From the human T2T-CHM13v2.0 reference genome, Homo sapiens, in the NCBI RefSeq assembly GCF_009914755.1, contig NC_060927.1: a stretch of 64,000 nucleotides of DNA; one strand, given 5' to 3'. A model generated the notes under the pieces. The model was not told the DNA's origin and ran no database searches. It was given only the letters and a program-made list of their open reading frames with translations. The first letter of the stretch is position 1, and the number at the start of each line of letters is the position of its first letter. Positions 44,675-60,821 of the stretch are shown here, piece by piece. The translations under genes were made by a program, and so were the position numbers.

Positions 44675-44886
44675 CAATGCATGCCTCCTTTGTGCCAGGG
44701 AGTGTGCTAAGACACCTTCTGTTTCCTGAAGTTCTCACCATATACCTGTGAGGTGCGGAGGATTCTCCATTTTATAGGTAAAGAGTTTGTATTTCAAGAG
44801 GTGAAGAAACCCTCCCATTGCCATATAGCTAGTAAGTGGCAAGGCTACACTTCAAATAGAAGTGTAGTTAATTCTAAAACCAGAGC
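44675..44886 (-). mobile_element. MIR
   Basis: tgtgccagggagtgtgctaag...ccattttatagg...atagctagtaagtggcaag. Confidence 0.7.
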
Positions 44887-45236
44887 TGGAAAGTACTGCC
44901 AAGATGAGATGGGAACAGTGGGAGCTGAGTGATGCTAAAGTCTAGATCTCATCAGGAACTCTAAAGAAGCCTCTTAATTACCACAGGCCTTTTATGTACC
45001 TGGCATCATGCTCTGGAACCTATTTGTTTTCATTTGGTAGCCATAAGTACAAACCAACTCACCTTAGAGATGCAGAAGCTGTGATTCAAAGAGGTTAAGT
45101 TAAACACCCAAGACCAAAGCTGGCTTCTAGGGTTGGTCTGTCTGCTGTCATATTTTATGCCCTTTCACATGCTTTTCTGAATTGGCAGGTATTGGTATTT
45201 GTATTTTGACAGCATCTCATTCTCTGAGCTCAGGCT

Positions 45237-45241
<5 letters not shown>

Positions 45242-45274
<33 letters not shown>
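45242..45274. repeat. (TG)16 microsatellite
   Basis: Direct reading. Confidence 0.95.
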
Positions 45275-45276
<2 letters not shown>

Positions 45277-46225
45277 CACTAGAATGTACTATTTTACTAT
45301 TTCAAGATTTCCAAGTGCTTTATGAACAAAGCTCATTCTGTTTCACTGATTGAAGTAACCCTTTAATGGAGAAACAGATGCAGTGATGGTTCTTTTCTCA
45401 TTCCTTTTCCAAATCTCATTGAAAAAGTGCTAGTTGTACCTCCAACATTCCCTTTTTAAAATAAAAGGTCAGTATCAGGCAGTGTTTCTGAAGAAACTGC
45501 TGATTGAAATCAGCATTTCAATTTCAAAACAACAAAAGTTTGTACGTAACAAAAGCTTGGTAATCAGCAAATAAGGGTTCCTTACCCAAAGAGTAGTGGT
45601 TCTAAATTTATATGTCGGTTTTAAGAGATCCTTTAAAGAGCCTGTCAGACCTCTTACTCAGCTGTCTCAAGGCCTGGAAGCAATTAATTGAATTCTTCTT
45701 GAGAGTCTGTTAGGTGTGAGGCATTGTGCTTTGGGGCATAGAACAAAAAGACACCTTACAACCTAGCTAGGGAAACCGGACACCTGTAAGTGTGATTTAC
45801 AAGACTGAGGGCAAATGCCAGGAGCCACTGGAGTGGAGCCAGCACTCTGGAAGTTCAGAGGAGGAGGCCCATCTCTTATAAAGGAGTGAGCAGATTCATG
45901 CACTTCTCCCTGAAATGGACCTGTTGTATTTGTTTCCCTGCTCCAGGAATGACTTATCATCTTTCTCTGAAGCGGAGGTTCACTAGCATAACTGTAGCCC
46001 AGATGTCAGCCAGCTTGTCCCTGCCTCTCCAGATCTAGGCAACTTTGACTTAAGCCCTTAGGACATGCCCTATGGTAGCTCAAAGCCTTTCCTAAGACTT
46101 CTACAAACTCTTGGGTGCTGTGATGATCTCATCCTCTGGGCTTCTGTCTCTATTGTCCCCATTCTGACCCATATTGATGCAGAGTGAAAAATCTAGGCTT
46201 TTAATTCATTTTCCCCAATACTCCC

Positions 46226-46756
46226 TGTGATGGTTAAGTGAGTGTCAACTTTATTGGATTGAAGGATGCAAATCCAGTCAAGGGTGTGTCTGTGAGGGTG
46301 TTGCCAAAGGAGATTAACATTTGAGTCAGTGGACTGGGAGAAGCAGACCTACCCTCAATCTGGGTGGGCACTATCTAATCAGCTGCCAGCATGGCTAGAA
46401 TAAAAGCAGGCAGAAGAACGTGGAAGGACTAGACTGGCTGAGTCTTCTGACCTTCATCTTTCTCCCATACTGGATGCTTCCTGCCCATCAGACTCCAAGT
46501 TCTTCAGCTCTTGGACTCTTGGACTTACACAAGTGGTTTGCCAGGGGCTCTCAAGCCTTCGGCCACAGACTGAAGGCTGCACTGTTGCCCTCCCTACTTT
46601 TGAGATTTTGAGACTCGAACTGGCTTCCTGGCTCCAGATGGCCTATTGTGGAACTTCACCTTGTGACTGTGTAAGTCAATCCTCCTTAATAAACTCCCTT
46701 TCATATATACATCTATCCTATTAGTTCTGTCCCTCTAGAGAACCCTGAAAAATGTA
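46226..46756 (+). mobile_element. MLT2A (HERV-L) solo LTR, probably MLT2A2, sense to NEK11
   Basis: tgtgatggttaa...ggattgaaggatgcaaa...ttagttctgtccctctagagaaccctga; 5 bp TSD ctccc / ctcct. Confidence 0.92.
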
Positions 46757-46894
46757 CTCCTATTCATCCAAATCTTCTGTGAGTACACTTGACTTTTTTG
46801 AAAATTTGAAAGCTAGCAATAAAAGCCTCATGTCACAAGGACATAAGCAACTTCAAACTAATCATTAGGCATCCCTGTTCTTTAAAAATGCTCT

Positions 46895-47295
46895 TTAGCA
46901 GGTGGGCCCATTGGAAAGGAGGCTCTGAGATGATTTTCATGTGGAAAGGTTTCTGGGGATGGCCAGCTCTCTGGATCCATTTATATAGGGGCAAGGAAGG
47001 AAACAGGAGTGGGTAGAGAGAGAAGGTGGGCTGTGGTACCATCTCAGCAAGGCCTGGTCAACAGCACAGGGTGCACTGAAGTTGGGATGGCCTTGCAGAG
47101 TTCATTGAGGGGGCTGAGCTCAAGAGCCCTGCGTCTACCAGTCACTCACTGCAGGAATGCAGGAAGGGCATGAGCCCTGATGAGGCAGTTCTTGAGCTGA
47201 GCTCAGCTGAGGGCAATTCTTCAAGAGGGCTGATGGCTGAAATCTGTCTCCCAAGGGCACTCCAAGTAGGTGGAGAATAAAACTTCTCTATTTTG
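46895..47295 (-). mobile_element. ERVL LTR (LTR40/41-like), degenerate
   Basis: gagagaaggtgggctgtgg...gggatggccttgcagagtt...gctgagggcaattctt. Confidence 0.55.
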
Positions 47296-47599
47296 AAAAA
47301 CAGTCTTCATCCCCAGCTCCATTTCAGTTTTCTGGCATCTCTCACTTTCCCACGTTTCTCAAGAGCAAAACAAACTTTTCTCATGCGGGCACCTGAGTCA
47401 TTCTTCTGCTTCTTTACTAATAACTATGTCCTCAGGCTTTCATCTTTCTTCACAAAAGTCATCCTTGCCTATTGTTTTCTAAATAAATAATTTCTGTGTG
47501 TGCACGCATGTCTGTGCCAGCTGATGCTTAACACATTTGTACCCTAATTCCATTTGCTCCATTTCAGTAATGATGGGAAGCATCAGAGAGATAAATCGC

Positions 47600-47790
47600 T
47601 ATAATGAGAACAATGTGGATTTTAGGACCTGAACAATCTGGGTTTGCAACTTGGCTACTTTTACTCTGTGGTCTTAGACAAGTCCCTTTACTTCTCAGAG
47701 CCTCAGTTTCTTCACCTGTACAATGGAGGAATAATTAAAAATAGCACTATATTGTGTATTAAGTGGTCACCCAATAAATACCATCCCTTC
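47600..47790 (+). mobile_element. MIR
   Basis: ctgggtttg...agacaagtccc...gagcctcagtttcttcacctgtacaatgg. Confidence 0.75.
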
Positions 47791-48929
47791 TACCCCTCTT
47801 TCTTGGCCACTTCAATTGCCATTCTGCAGGCCCTGACTTTATGAGTTAGTGTCTCATTGACTATGAAAATATTTGTTCTGTTAGTTTTTTCACTACACAA
47901 ATTTGAAATCCTGCTTCCAAGCAAACAATCCTAAAGCAGACCCATTAGCTCTTATCAACTGCAAAACAGATGGCCAGGGTTGGGGTGTAGGGGGCATGTG
48001 GGAGCAGAGTTCAAGGACTTCTTGGGCAGTATTTATGTTCATAGTGCCAAGGCTTCTTCAGTGTTCCTAGTAGCTCCTGTTTACTCTTTCTTGTTCATGT
48101 TTCTTTTTTCTTCTTAGAGCTGTAAGTAAACTATGTTACATGTATTTGATTTCCATTATGACCATGCCTGAATTGTAGTAAAGTGTACTTTTCCCAGCTG
48201 AGGGCTAGATATTTTTAAACAATTAAGCATGTTTTATGATAAAATTAAATAAATGGATACAGCTGTTCCTATAGTATTTTGAAATATCTATATTATATTA
48301 TTCATTGTTGAAAACCCTAAACACCACCAGGTACTACAGGCTAAGCAGGAAGTTTTGTTTTTATTTCTCTATCATTGAGTTTTGCCTAATAGTTTTCAAA
48401 TTGCCAAATTAGAAAAAGGAAGCATGCAACATGAACCTTTCAATTCTCAGGATAAACTGCCATATCTGGACTTCCAATGCCTGGGATCTCAGAAAGGAGG
48501 CAAGTTTACTCTGACAGTATGGTATGAAGATATTGACAAAAAAAATTTACAAAGAGATTATTTTGGATTCTTGATAAGGTGGGGGTAGAATCAAGGAGTT
48601 TCACCTGTCCTTCATTAAGACCCTTGGGGTGTGAGGGGCACATGCAGGTAAGTCACCCTTGTGCAACATGAATGCACAAACAGAGCGGCCAGAAGCACTC
48701 TGGGTAGAGTCAGGTGCAGAATAATGGGCAAAACCTTAGAAAAACTGGAAGAATATTAGAGCCCTAGTATTGCCCACTCCATATGAAATAGCAGTTTTTT
48801 TCTGTCCATCTGTGCCCATGGAAGCTGGACTGCAGGGAAAGGTAATCTCATAGGAGCAGGCATGCTCTTTGGTGCAGCCAAGGATTGTTCAGCAGACACA
48901 GAGATCCCTGCCTCCAGAACAAGAGGTAA

Positions 48930-49362
<433 letters not shown>

Positions 49363-50168
49363 TAAGAGTATCTCAGAAATGCTATCCTCCCTCTATCAAC
49401 ATGGGAAAGGCTGTGGATTTGACCTACTTGCCACAAGTCCTTCAACCCTCCAGATGCCAAGCTGAGCCAGCCCACCTTGGTCTAACTCCAGAGCATTCTG
49501 ATTTGTGCTTCCTCGTGGCATCTCAGCCCTTGGAGAACGCTATTATACCAGTAATATTATGTAAGGAAGGCTGAGATTTTGGTTTGCCTTAACATTCTCC
49601 ACTTCATCCCAGGGGTATCCCTTTCTCTGGACATGATATAGATTTACATGCATTCCATGTTCCTGCCATAGAAACTATCATGAGTTCTTTGCTGTCCAAT
49701 ATTCATAAAAAACCTGGTGGCAAAAATTCATATTCATAAAGGTTTGCTGGAAAGATGTGACCACCACCAATTTCTCCCCATCTTCTAAATCTTACTACTG
49801 AATCCACCCATTTCATGACCATGACATTTAAGGGGAGAGAGGTCTCCTCTGCCCACTTGCTCTCACTCCCAGTTGTTTGTCCTGAGTGTGTTCTGATTTC
49901 ATGCTGTTGATTTCAATTAAGGATATGACAAGAAATATTGTCACCTTCTGTATCATGCCATGTTTTCAGGTCTTCCTCCTCCACATTGCAATGTTCTCTT
50001 TCTCTGCTGCCTTAGTATCTGGGAAGCTGTTTTTCCTGAGTAGCAGGTTTGTTTTTAATCCTAGGGTTTGAGTTGGTGAGCATACTGATCATCTTTTCTG
50101 CTTTGGCCACTAGGAATCATAGAATCAAATTTACCTCTGTCTTCGAAGATTATATGGTATGCATTTCT

Positions 50169-50488
50169 TTCTTTCTTTCTTTCTTTCTTTTTTTTTTTTT
50201 TTTTTTGAGACGGAGTTTCACTCTTGTTGCCCAGGCTGGAGTGCAATGGGGTGATCTAGGCTCACCACAGCCTCCGCCTCCCAGGTTCAAGCGATTCTCC
50301 TGCCTCAGCCTCCTGAGTACCTAGGATTATAGGCATGCACCACCGTGCCTGGCTAATTTTGTATTTTTAGTAGAGATGGGGTTTCTCCATGTAGGTCTGA
50401 CTTGTCTCGAACTCCCGACCTCAGGTGATCCACCCGCCTTGGCCTCCCAAAGTGCTGGGATTACAGGCATGAGCCACCGCGCCCCGCC
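50169..50488 (-). mobile_element. AluSp, antisense
   Basis: gagtttcactcttgttgccc, tttctccatg, tcccgacctc; 18 bp TSD tatatggtatgcatttct (50151-68 / 50489-506). Confidence 0.95.
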
Positions 50489-50749
50489 TATATGGTATGC
50501 ATTTCTGTGTTAATCTTACTCTTAGATTATGACTTTCCTGACTTTATTTTTCCTCTACCCTGATTTCAACTAATTAGTTTAATGTTTTGTATAGTATAAT
50601 ATATGTTCTTTTAGGCTTCCTCAAATGCTTTGTGAAATGCAAGGGTAGATAGTAATAAATAAATTGCAGAACTATAAAACGGAGATTAAAAACATTCCTT
50701 TCCCCTCCCAGATTAAAGCTACTCATCAGAACTCATCAGAAAAATCAGG

Positions 50750-51154
50750 TGTATTAGTCTGCTCGGGTTGCCATAACAAAGTACCATAACCAAGTTGCTT
50801 AAACAACAGAAATATATTTTCTGACAGTTTTGAAGGCTGGAAGTCCAAGATCAAGGTGCCAGCAGGTTTGGTTTCTCCTCAGGGCTCTCTCCTTAGCTTA
50901 CAGATGGCTGTCTTCTTTCAGTGTTCTCATATGTCCTTTTTTCTGTGTGGACCCACATCCCTGGTGTCTCTGTGAGTTCAAATTTCTTCTTATAAGGACA
51001 CCAGTCAGATTAGATTAGGGCCCACAATAACAGCCTTGTTTTAACTTAATCACCTCTTTCAAGCCCTGGTCTACAAATATACAAATATTCAGAGGTAATG
51101 GGAGTTAGGACTTCAACATATGAATTTGGGGGATACACAGTTCAGTCTATAACA
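50750..51154 (-). mobile_element. MLT1A/B-type MaLR solo LTR
   Basis: tgtattagtc...ggctggaagtccaagatcaaggtg...ttcaacatatgaattt...tataaca; TSD tcagg / taagg. Confidence 0.9.
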
Positions 51155-54100
51155 TAAGGTGTTTTTATTATCTGTGGTGGAAGGACTTTCTTACAGGCCC
51201 TTTTCTCCCTTGGTCATGAGGGATAGGTATGAGTGTTTGGAAGGCACTTGCACAGACCATGGCAGTAGCATCAAATGCCTTCCAAAGGACCTCCACCTGT
51301 AGAACAGAGGTGACTGACGGGATTTGGTTTGTAACCTTTTTTGCTTAGTGTCACCTGTGACAGATAAAGAGGACAAGCCTTATGCTCTCCCATTAGAAAT
51401 TTTTGTCCACTCCTGTGCCTAGGTCTCAGGTTCTAGGTGGTGTACAGTTCCAGACCTGCCAGCAGCATCACAGCTTGTATCTCAGCAACAACTGGTCCAG
51501 GGCACACCTGACTTTCACACAGATTATTCTCAGGATGGTCTGTTATCACCCAGAGGTTCTTGATAAGACAAACCCAGTGCTACTGACTTCACTATCATGG
51601 TGCAACACAGCTTGGAGAAATGGGAAAAAGCAGGCCCATCTTTGCCTTACCTGTCATCCAAAGATGGAGACAGAACTCTGATTTCTTAACATTATCTCTG
51701 CAAGTCAAAGTGTCCAAATTCTTGACACCAGCAGTTAAAACACAGGGCCTTTGATTGAAGCAGACAACTGAGTGAGTTTTCCAGGAGGTCTGAAGAAAGC
51801 CAACTCATTATCCAGGTCTCTGAACAGACAAATAATTATGAGACACTGAAATGTATTTTCCCATGCAAGTCAGAAATGGCTCAGCCTCTGTTTTGCACTG
51901 TTAATTACACTATTGGGCAGAGCCCTGTTACAGTTCTTGGTCATAGACTTACCCTTGATGCCTGGCAGCATGGGTAGGAAACTGAGCTAATGTGTGGTCC
52001 TGACTTACATCAAAATGTGTGCACCCTCACCAGTGTCAGGTCAAAAATGAGAGGCAAGAGGAATTTCAGACATAGCAGGAGTGCCTCTGCTGTTGTATCA
52101 GCTCGTAAGAGAAAAGAAGGCAGAATTATTTTGCACTGTATTTTGTCAGCAGCAATGTTCTGATCTCAAGAAATTGTGATGTTCTCCATGGTGAAAATCA
52201 GTGAACTAGCTGAGACTTGAGAGAAGCAGGGAGAATGCAGCTTACATAAGCCCAGGCTGCTACCCAGGTCAGGGGTTCTGTCTCCTTTGTCTCTTGCCAA
52301 AGTCATTGTTGACTAGACAATTGTCAATTAGTGTTCTAGGCCCAGGGATGGCCCCTGCTGCTGTCATGCTGCCAGACTCTCTGTGACCCCACCCAGCACT
52401 TGATGCAGGAGGCTTGAGACAGCTTTCAACCATGCACCTAGATTTCTACTAGTATGCCAAACTCTGTAAGATCAGATAACTGCCTACTGGAAAAATCAAG
52501 ATCTTCCCTTTCTTTTTTTAAAAGGTGTCTTTAGTTTTAGGTTCACAGCAAAATTGAGAGGAAGATACAGAGATTTCCCATATATCTCCTGCCCCCACAC
52601 ATGCATAACCTCCCCATTATCAATGTCCTGCACCAAGATGGTACATTTGTTGCAACTGATGAACCTGCATTCATACAGCATAATCACCCAAAGTCTACAG
52701 TTAACTTTAAGGCTCACTGTTGGTGTTGTACATTCTATGGGTTTCAACCAATGTATAATGTCATGTATCCATCACTATAGTATCATACAGAATAGTTTCA
52801 CTACCCTAAAAATACTCTGTACTCTGCTTAGTCATCCCTCCCAACCCCTGGCAACCACTGATCTTTTTACTGTCTCCACAGTTTTGCCTTTTCTGGAATG
52901 TCATATAGTTGTAATGATATAGTATGTGCCCCTTTTCAGTTTGGCTTCTTTCACTTAGTAATATTTAAGATTCCTCCATGTCTTTTCATGGCTTAATAGG
53001 TTATTTCTTTTTAGCATTGTATAATATCCCATTGTCTGGATATACCACAGTTTATCCATTCATCTGCTGAAGGACATCTTGGTTGCTTCCAAGTTTTGAC
53101 AACTATAAATAAAGCTGCTATAAACATCCATGTTCAATTCTCTCTGTGGACATATTTTCAACTCCTCTAGGTAAATACCAAGGAGTGTGATTACAGAATC
53201 ATATGGTAAAAATATGTGCAGTTTTGTAAAAACAAAAAACAAAATAAAACAAGAAATCCTCCAAACTGTCTTCCAAAATGGCTGAACCATTTTGCATTCC
53301 CTCCAGCAATGAGTGAGAGTTCCTGTTGCTCCTCATCCTTGTCAGCATTTGGTGTTGTCAGTGTTCCAGATTTTAGTCATTCTAATAAGTATGTAGTAGT
53401 ATCTCATTGTCTTAATTTGCATTTCCCTGATGACATATGATATGGAACATCTTTTCATATGCTTACTTGCCATCTATATATTTTCTTTGGTGAGGTACCT
53501 GTTAAGGCCCATTTTTTAGTTAGGTTGTTTGTTATCTTATTGTTGAGTTTTAAGAGTTCTTTGTATATTTTGCATAATAGCCCCTTATCAGATAAGTGTT
53601 TTGCAAATATCTTCTCCCAGTATGTGGCTTGTCTTCTCATTCTCTTGACGTTGTCTTTCACAGAGCGGTCCAGATTATCATTTCTTGCTCTCAAAAATCA
53701 TGCCTTTGTTGTATCTAAAAAGTCATTGCCATACTCAAGGTAATCTAGGTTTTCTTTTATGTTATCTTCTAGGAGTTTTATAGTCTTGCACTTTACATTT
53801 AGGTCTATGATCCATTTTGAGATAATTCTTGTGAAGGGTGTAAGGTCTGTGCCGAGATTCAATTATTTGCATATGGATGTACGGTTGTTCCAGCACCATT
53901 TATTGAAAAGACTGTCTTTGTTTCACTGCATTGCCTTTTGTTATCTGTCAAAGATCAATTGACTACATTTATGTGGGTCTATTTCTGGACTTTCTGTTCT
54001 GTTTCATTGATCTATTTGTCTATTCTTTTGCCAATACTACATTGTCTTGATCACTGTACCTTTATGGTAACTCTTGATGTCAGATATTGTTAGTTTTCAA

Positions 54101-54254
54101 ACTTTGTTTTCAATTGTGTTGACTATTCTAAACCTTTTTTACCTCTCCATATAAACTTTGGAATCTGTTTGTCAACATCCACAAAGTAACTTGCTGGGAT
54201 TTTTATTGGGATTGCTTTGCATCTATTGATGAAGTTGGGAGGAACTAACATCTT

Positions 54255-54439
<185 letters not shown>

Positions 54440-56974
54440 TAATAAGTCTTGTTATCCATTAGTATAAAATCTCTCTCCATTTTTTTAGTTCTTCTTTGAT
54501 TTATTTCATCAGAGATTCATAATTTCCCTCATATAGATCTTGTATATATTATGTTAGATTTATACCTGTTTCATTTTGGGGGGGTGCTGATGTAAACGGT
54601 ATTATGCTTTTAATTTCAAATTCCACTTATTCATTGCTGATATATAGAAAAGTGATTGACCTTTGTATATTAACCTTGTATCCTGCAACCTAGCTAGAAT
54701 CACTTATTAGTTCCAGCAGTCTTTTTATCGATTTTTTTAAATTTTCTACATAGACAATCGTGTCATCACTGAAGGAGAACATTATTTCTTCTTTCCCAAT
54801 CTTTATATATTTATTTCCTTTTTTATCTTGTTGCATTAGCTAGAACTTCCAGTACAATGTTGAAAAAGTGTGGTGAGAGAGAACATTTTTGCCTTGTAAC
54901 TGACATTAGTTGGAAAAGCTTTGAGTTTCTCACCCTTAAGTATGATGTTAACTATAAGTTTTTTGTAGATATCCTTTATCAGGTTGAGGAATTTTTCCTG
55001 TATTCCTAGTTTACTGAGAATTTTTATCATGAATGGGTGTTGTATTTTGTCAAAAGCTTTTGTTTGTGTCTATTTATATGATCATGTGATATTTTTATTT
55101 TTAGTCTATTGATGTAATGAATTACATTAATTGATTTTTGAACACTGAACTAGCCTCACTTAGAGGGGATAAATCCCACTTGGTCATGTTGTATAATTCT
55201 TTTTATATATTGTTGGATTTTATTTGCAAATATTTTGTTAAAACTTTTTATGTGCATGTTTATGAAAAATACTGGTCTGTAGTTTAATTTTCTTATAACA
55301 TCTTTGGTTTTGGTTTTTATTTTGGTTTAGGTTGATGGTGGTCTCATAGAATGAGTTAGGAAATATTCCTTCTGCTTCTATCCTCTGAAAGAGATTGTAG
55401 GGAATTGTTATAATTTCTTCCTTAAGTGTTTGGTAGAAGCAACAGTGAACCCATCTGGGCCTGGTGCTTTCTGATGTGGAAGGTTATTAATTATTGATTC
55501 AATTTATTGAATAAATAGTCTATTCTTGTATGAGTTTTAGCAACTTGTGTCTTTCAAGGAATTGGTGCATTTCATCTAAGTTATCAAATTTGTGGACATA
55601 GAGTCCCTCATAGTATTGTTTTATGATCTCGTAAATGTTTCTTACATCTATAGTGATGTCCCCTCTTTCATTTCTGATACTAGCAATTTGTGTTCTCTCT
55701 TTTTTTCTTAATTAGCCTGTCTAGTGGCTTAGCAATTTTACTGATCTTTTCAAAGAACCAGCTTTTGGTCTTCTTGATTTTCTGTATTGATTTCCCATTT
55801 TTAATTCCATTGATTTCCGCTCTAATTCTTACTTCTTTCCTTCTGCTTACTTTGATTAAATTTGCTTTTTCTTTTTCTAAGGTAGAAACTTAGATTATGG
55901 ATTTTATATCTTTCTTCCTTTCTAATATATGTATTCACTGCTATAAATTTTTTCCTAAGCATTGCTTTCACTATATCCACAAATTTTGATAAGTTGTGTT
56001 TTCATTTCTATTTAGTTCAAAATACGTTAAAATTTATCTTGAGATTTCTTCTTTAACCCATGTGTTATTTAGAAGTGTGTTGTTTAATCTCCATGTGTTT
56101 CAGGATTTTCTAGTTATTCTGTTATTGATTTCTAATTTAGTTCCACTGTGGTCTGAGTGCAGACATTGTATGATTTCTGTTTTTAAAAAAAGTCTATGGC
56201 TTTTATGGCCCTAAATATGGTCTATCTCGGTGAATATTACATGTGAGCTTGAGAAGATTTGTATTCTGCTGCTGTTGAATGAAGTAGTCTGTAGATGTCA
56301 GTTTTATCCTTTTGATCAATGGTATTGTCAAGTTCAACTATGTCCTTACTGATTTTCTATCTGCTGTATCTGTCTATTTCTGAAAGAAGGATTTTGGAAG
56401 TCTCCAATGATGATAGTGGATTTATCTATTTTTCCTTTCAGTGCTGTCAGTTTTTGCTTCATGTATTTTGACACTCTGTTGTTAGACACATACACATTAA
56501 AGAACATGTGTGTTAAGGATTGTTTTGACTTCTTAGAGAATTGACCCCTTTATTACTATGTAATGCCTTTATTTATCCCTCATAGCTTCCCTTGCTTTGA
56601 AATCTGCTCTGTCTGAAATTATTAAGGCTCCCCTTGATTTCTTTTAATGAGTTTTCACATGGTATCTTGTTCTCCAACCAATTGCTTTTAATTGTGTCTT
56701 TATATTTAAAGTGAGTTTCTCGTAATTAACATGTAGTTGGATCTTGTTTTTTGTTTTTTGATCCACCCTGACAATTTCTGTCTTTTAATTGGTACATTTA
56801 GATCATTGATGTTCAAAGTGATTATTGATGTAGTTGGATTAATATCTACCCTATTTCTTACTGTTTTCTATTTGTTGTCTCTGTTCTTTGTTCCATTTCT
56901 ATCTTCTAGTCCTTTCTGCCTTTTTTTTAAACAGGGAAAATAAAGATTTTTAAGGCTGATTTGAATAGTCAGTA

Positions 56975-57204
56975 TAGGTTGAGTATCCCTTATCTGAAAT
57001 GCTTAGGACCAGAAGTTGTTTCAGATTTGGGATTTTTTTTTTTTCTGGATTTGGGAATATTTGGTTCAGCATGCCTAATCTGAAAACCTGAAATTTGAAA
57101 TGCTCCAATGAGTATTTCTTTTGAACTTCATGGTGGTGCTCAGAAAGTGTCAGATTTTTCAGCATTTTAAATTTTGGATTTTTGGATTAGGGATACTCAA
57201 CGTG
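56975..57204. mobile_element. Tigger4a/MER46-type TcMar MITE
   Basis: TIRs taggttgagtatccct / agggatactcaacgtg with flanking TA. Confidence 0.88.
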
Positions 57205-57570
57205 TAGTACGTTATCATGCGAATCATGAAGGAAAAGTTAGAAATGAGTGCACATCATATTGTGAGGCTGTAATTTTGTTATGTGTAATTTTTTTGCATT
57301 AAACAATTTTTAAGGCCAATTTGGTTCTAAAAACAATAGATTGCCTTTTACATAAAGTTAATATATCTGCCCCATTTCATTTAACTGTTGCAAAATACTT
57401 TATATTATGGATACACCATCTATTTTTAACTAGTATGCTATTGATTTCTTTTTATGGTTTTAATTGAGCAGATTCCCTTATCTCTCCTTTCTAACATATC
57501 AGTTATACTTTTTTTAGTGGTTGCCCTAGAATTGGCTGTATACATTTACAACTAATCCAAGTTTACTTTC

Positions 57571-57878
57571 CTTTTTAAATTAAATTTAAATTTTTTTGAG
57601 AAAGGGTCTCATCTGTTGCTGAGCTGGAGTGGAGTGGTACAATTTCATTTCACTGCAGCCCTGACCTCCTGGGCTCAAGTGAGCCTCCTAACTCAGCCAC
57701 CCTGAGTAGCTGGGACCAAAGGTGAGTGCCACCACATCTGGCTAATTTTTGTATTTTTTGTAGAGATAGGGTTTCACCATGATGTCCAACCTGGTCTTGA
57801 ACTCCTGAGCTCAAGCCATTCACCTGCGTTGGCCTCCCAAATTGCTGGGATTACAGGCATGAGCCACCACACCTGGCC
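57571..57878 (-). mobile_element. AluJ, antisense
   Basis: Dimer with J diagnostics; TSD-like caagtttactttc / caagtctgctttc. Confidence 0.92.
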
Positions 57879-58389
57879 CAAGTCTGCTTTCAAACAACAT
57901 TATACCACTTCATAGGTAATGTGGGTACCTTATAATAACAAAATAATCCTAATTCTCTCCTCCATCCCTTCTATAATTACCATCACTCCATTTATATATA
58001 AACATACATAAGAAAATATATGTACACACACACATGCACACATAAGCATACATCATTGAGTACATTTTTACTATTATTATTAGAACAGGTTGTCTGTTAG
58101 ATTAAGAAAAATAAAAGTCTGTAAAACCTACCTTCATCGATTCTTTCTTCAGTGATCTTTCTTTATGTAGACCTGAGTTTCTGACCTATGTTATTTTCCT
58201 TCATTTAACATTTCTTGCAAGGCAGGTCTCCTAGCAACAAATTCCCTCAATTTTTGTTTGTCTGAGAAAGTCTTTATTTCTCCTTTACTTTTGAAGGATA
58301 ATTTCTCAAGGAACAAAATTCTAGGTTGGTGGGATTTTCTTTTATAACTGTATGTATTTCACACGACTTTCATTTTACTTGCATGATTT

Positions 58390-60288
<1,899 letters not shown>

Positions 60289-60426
60289 TACTTGCATGAT
60301 TTCTGAGAAGTCTAATGTAATTCTTATCTTTGTTCCTATATAGGCAAAATGGTTTTCCCCACTCTGGCTTCTTTCAGGATTTTTTCTTTACCTTTGATTT
60401 TCTGTAGTTTGAAAATAATATGCCTA

Positions 60427-60466
60427 GGTGGTGGTGGTGGTGGTGGTGGTGGTAATGGTGGTGGTG
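60427..60466. repeat. (GGT)n microsatellite
   Basis: Direct reading. Confidence 0.9.
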
Positions 60467-60821
60467 TTTCTTTTTGGTGTTTATCCTACTTAGTGATCTC
60501 TAAGCTTCCTGGATCTATGGGTTGTCGTCTGACATCAATTTGAGGAAATTCTCAGGCATTATTGTTTTAAATATTTCTTCTTTTCTCTCTGTTCTCCTTC
60601 TAGTATTTTTCATGCATCTATGTATGTATGTAGTAGTGTCATAATCCTTAGATATTCTCTTCTGTTTTTTTTTTTTTTTCAGTCTGTGTTCTCTTTGTTT
60701 TTCAGGTTTTGGAGGTTTCTATTAAGACATCCTCAAGCTCAGAGATTTTTTCCTCAGCCATTTTGCATCTACTAATAAGCCCATCAAAGGCATTCTTTGT
60801 TTCTGTTACAGTATTTTTTTA

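Noticed and set aside
60349-60543. Poly-glycine ORF
   Set aside because: Translation of a (GGT)n microsatellite inside an old L1
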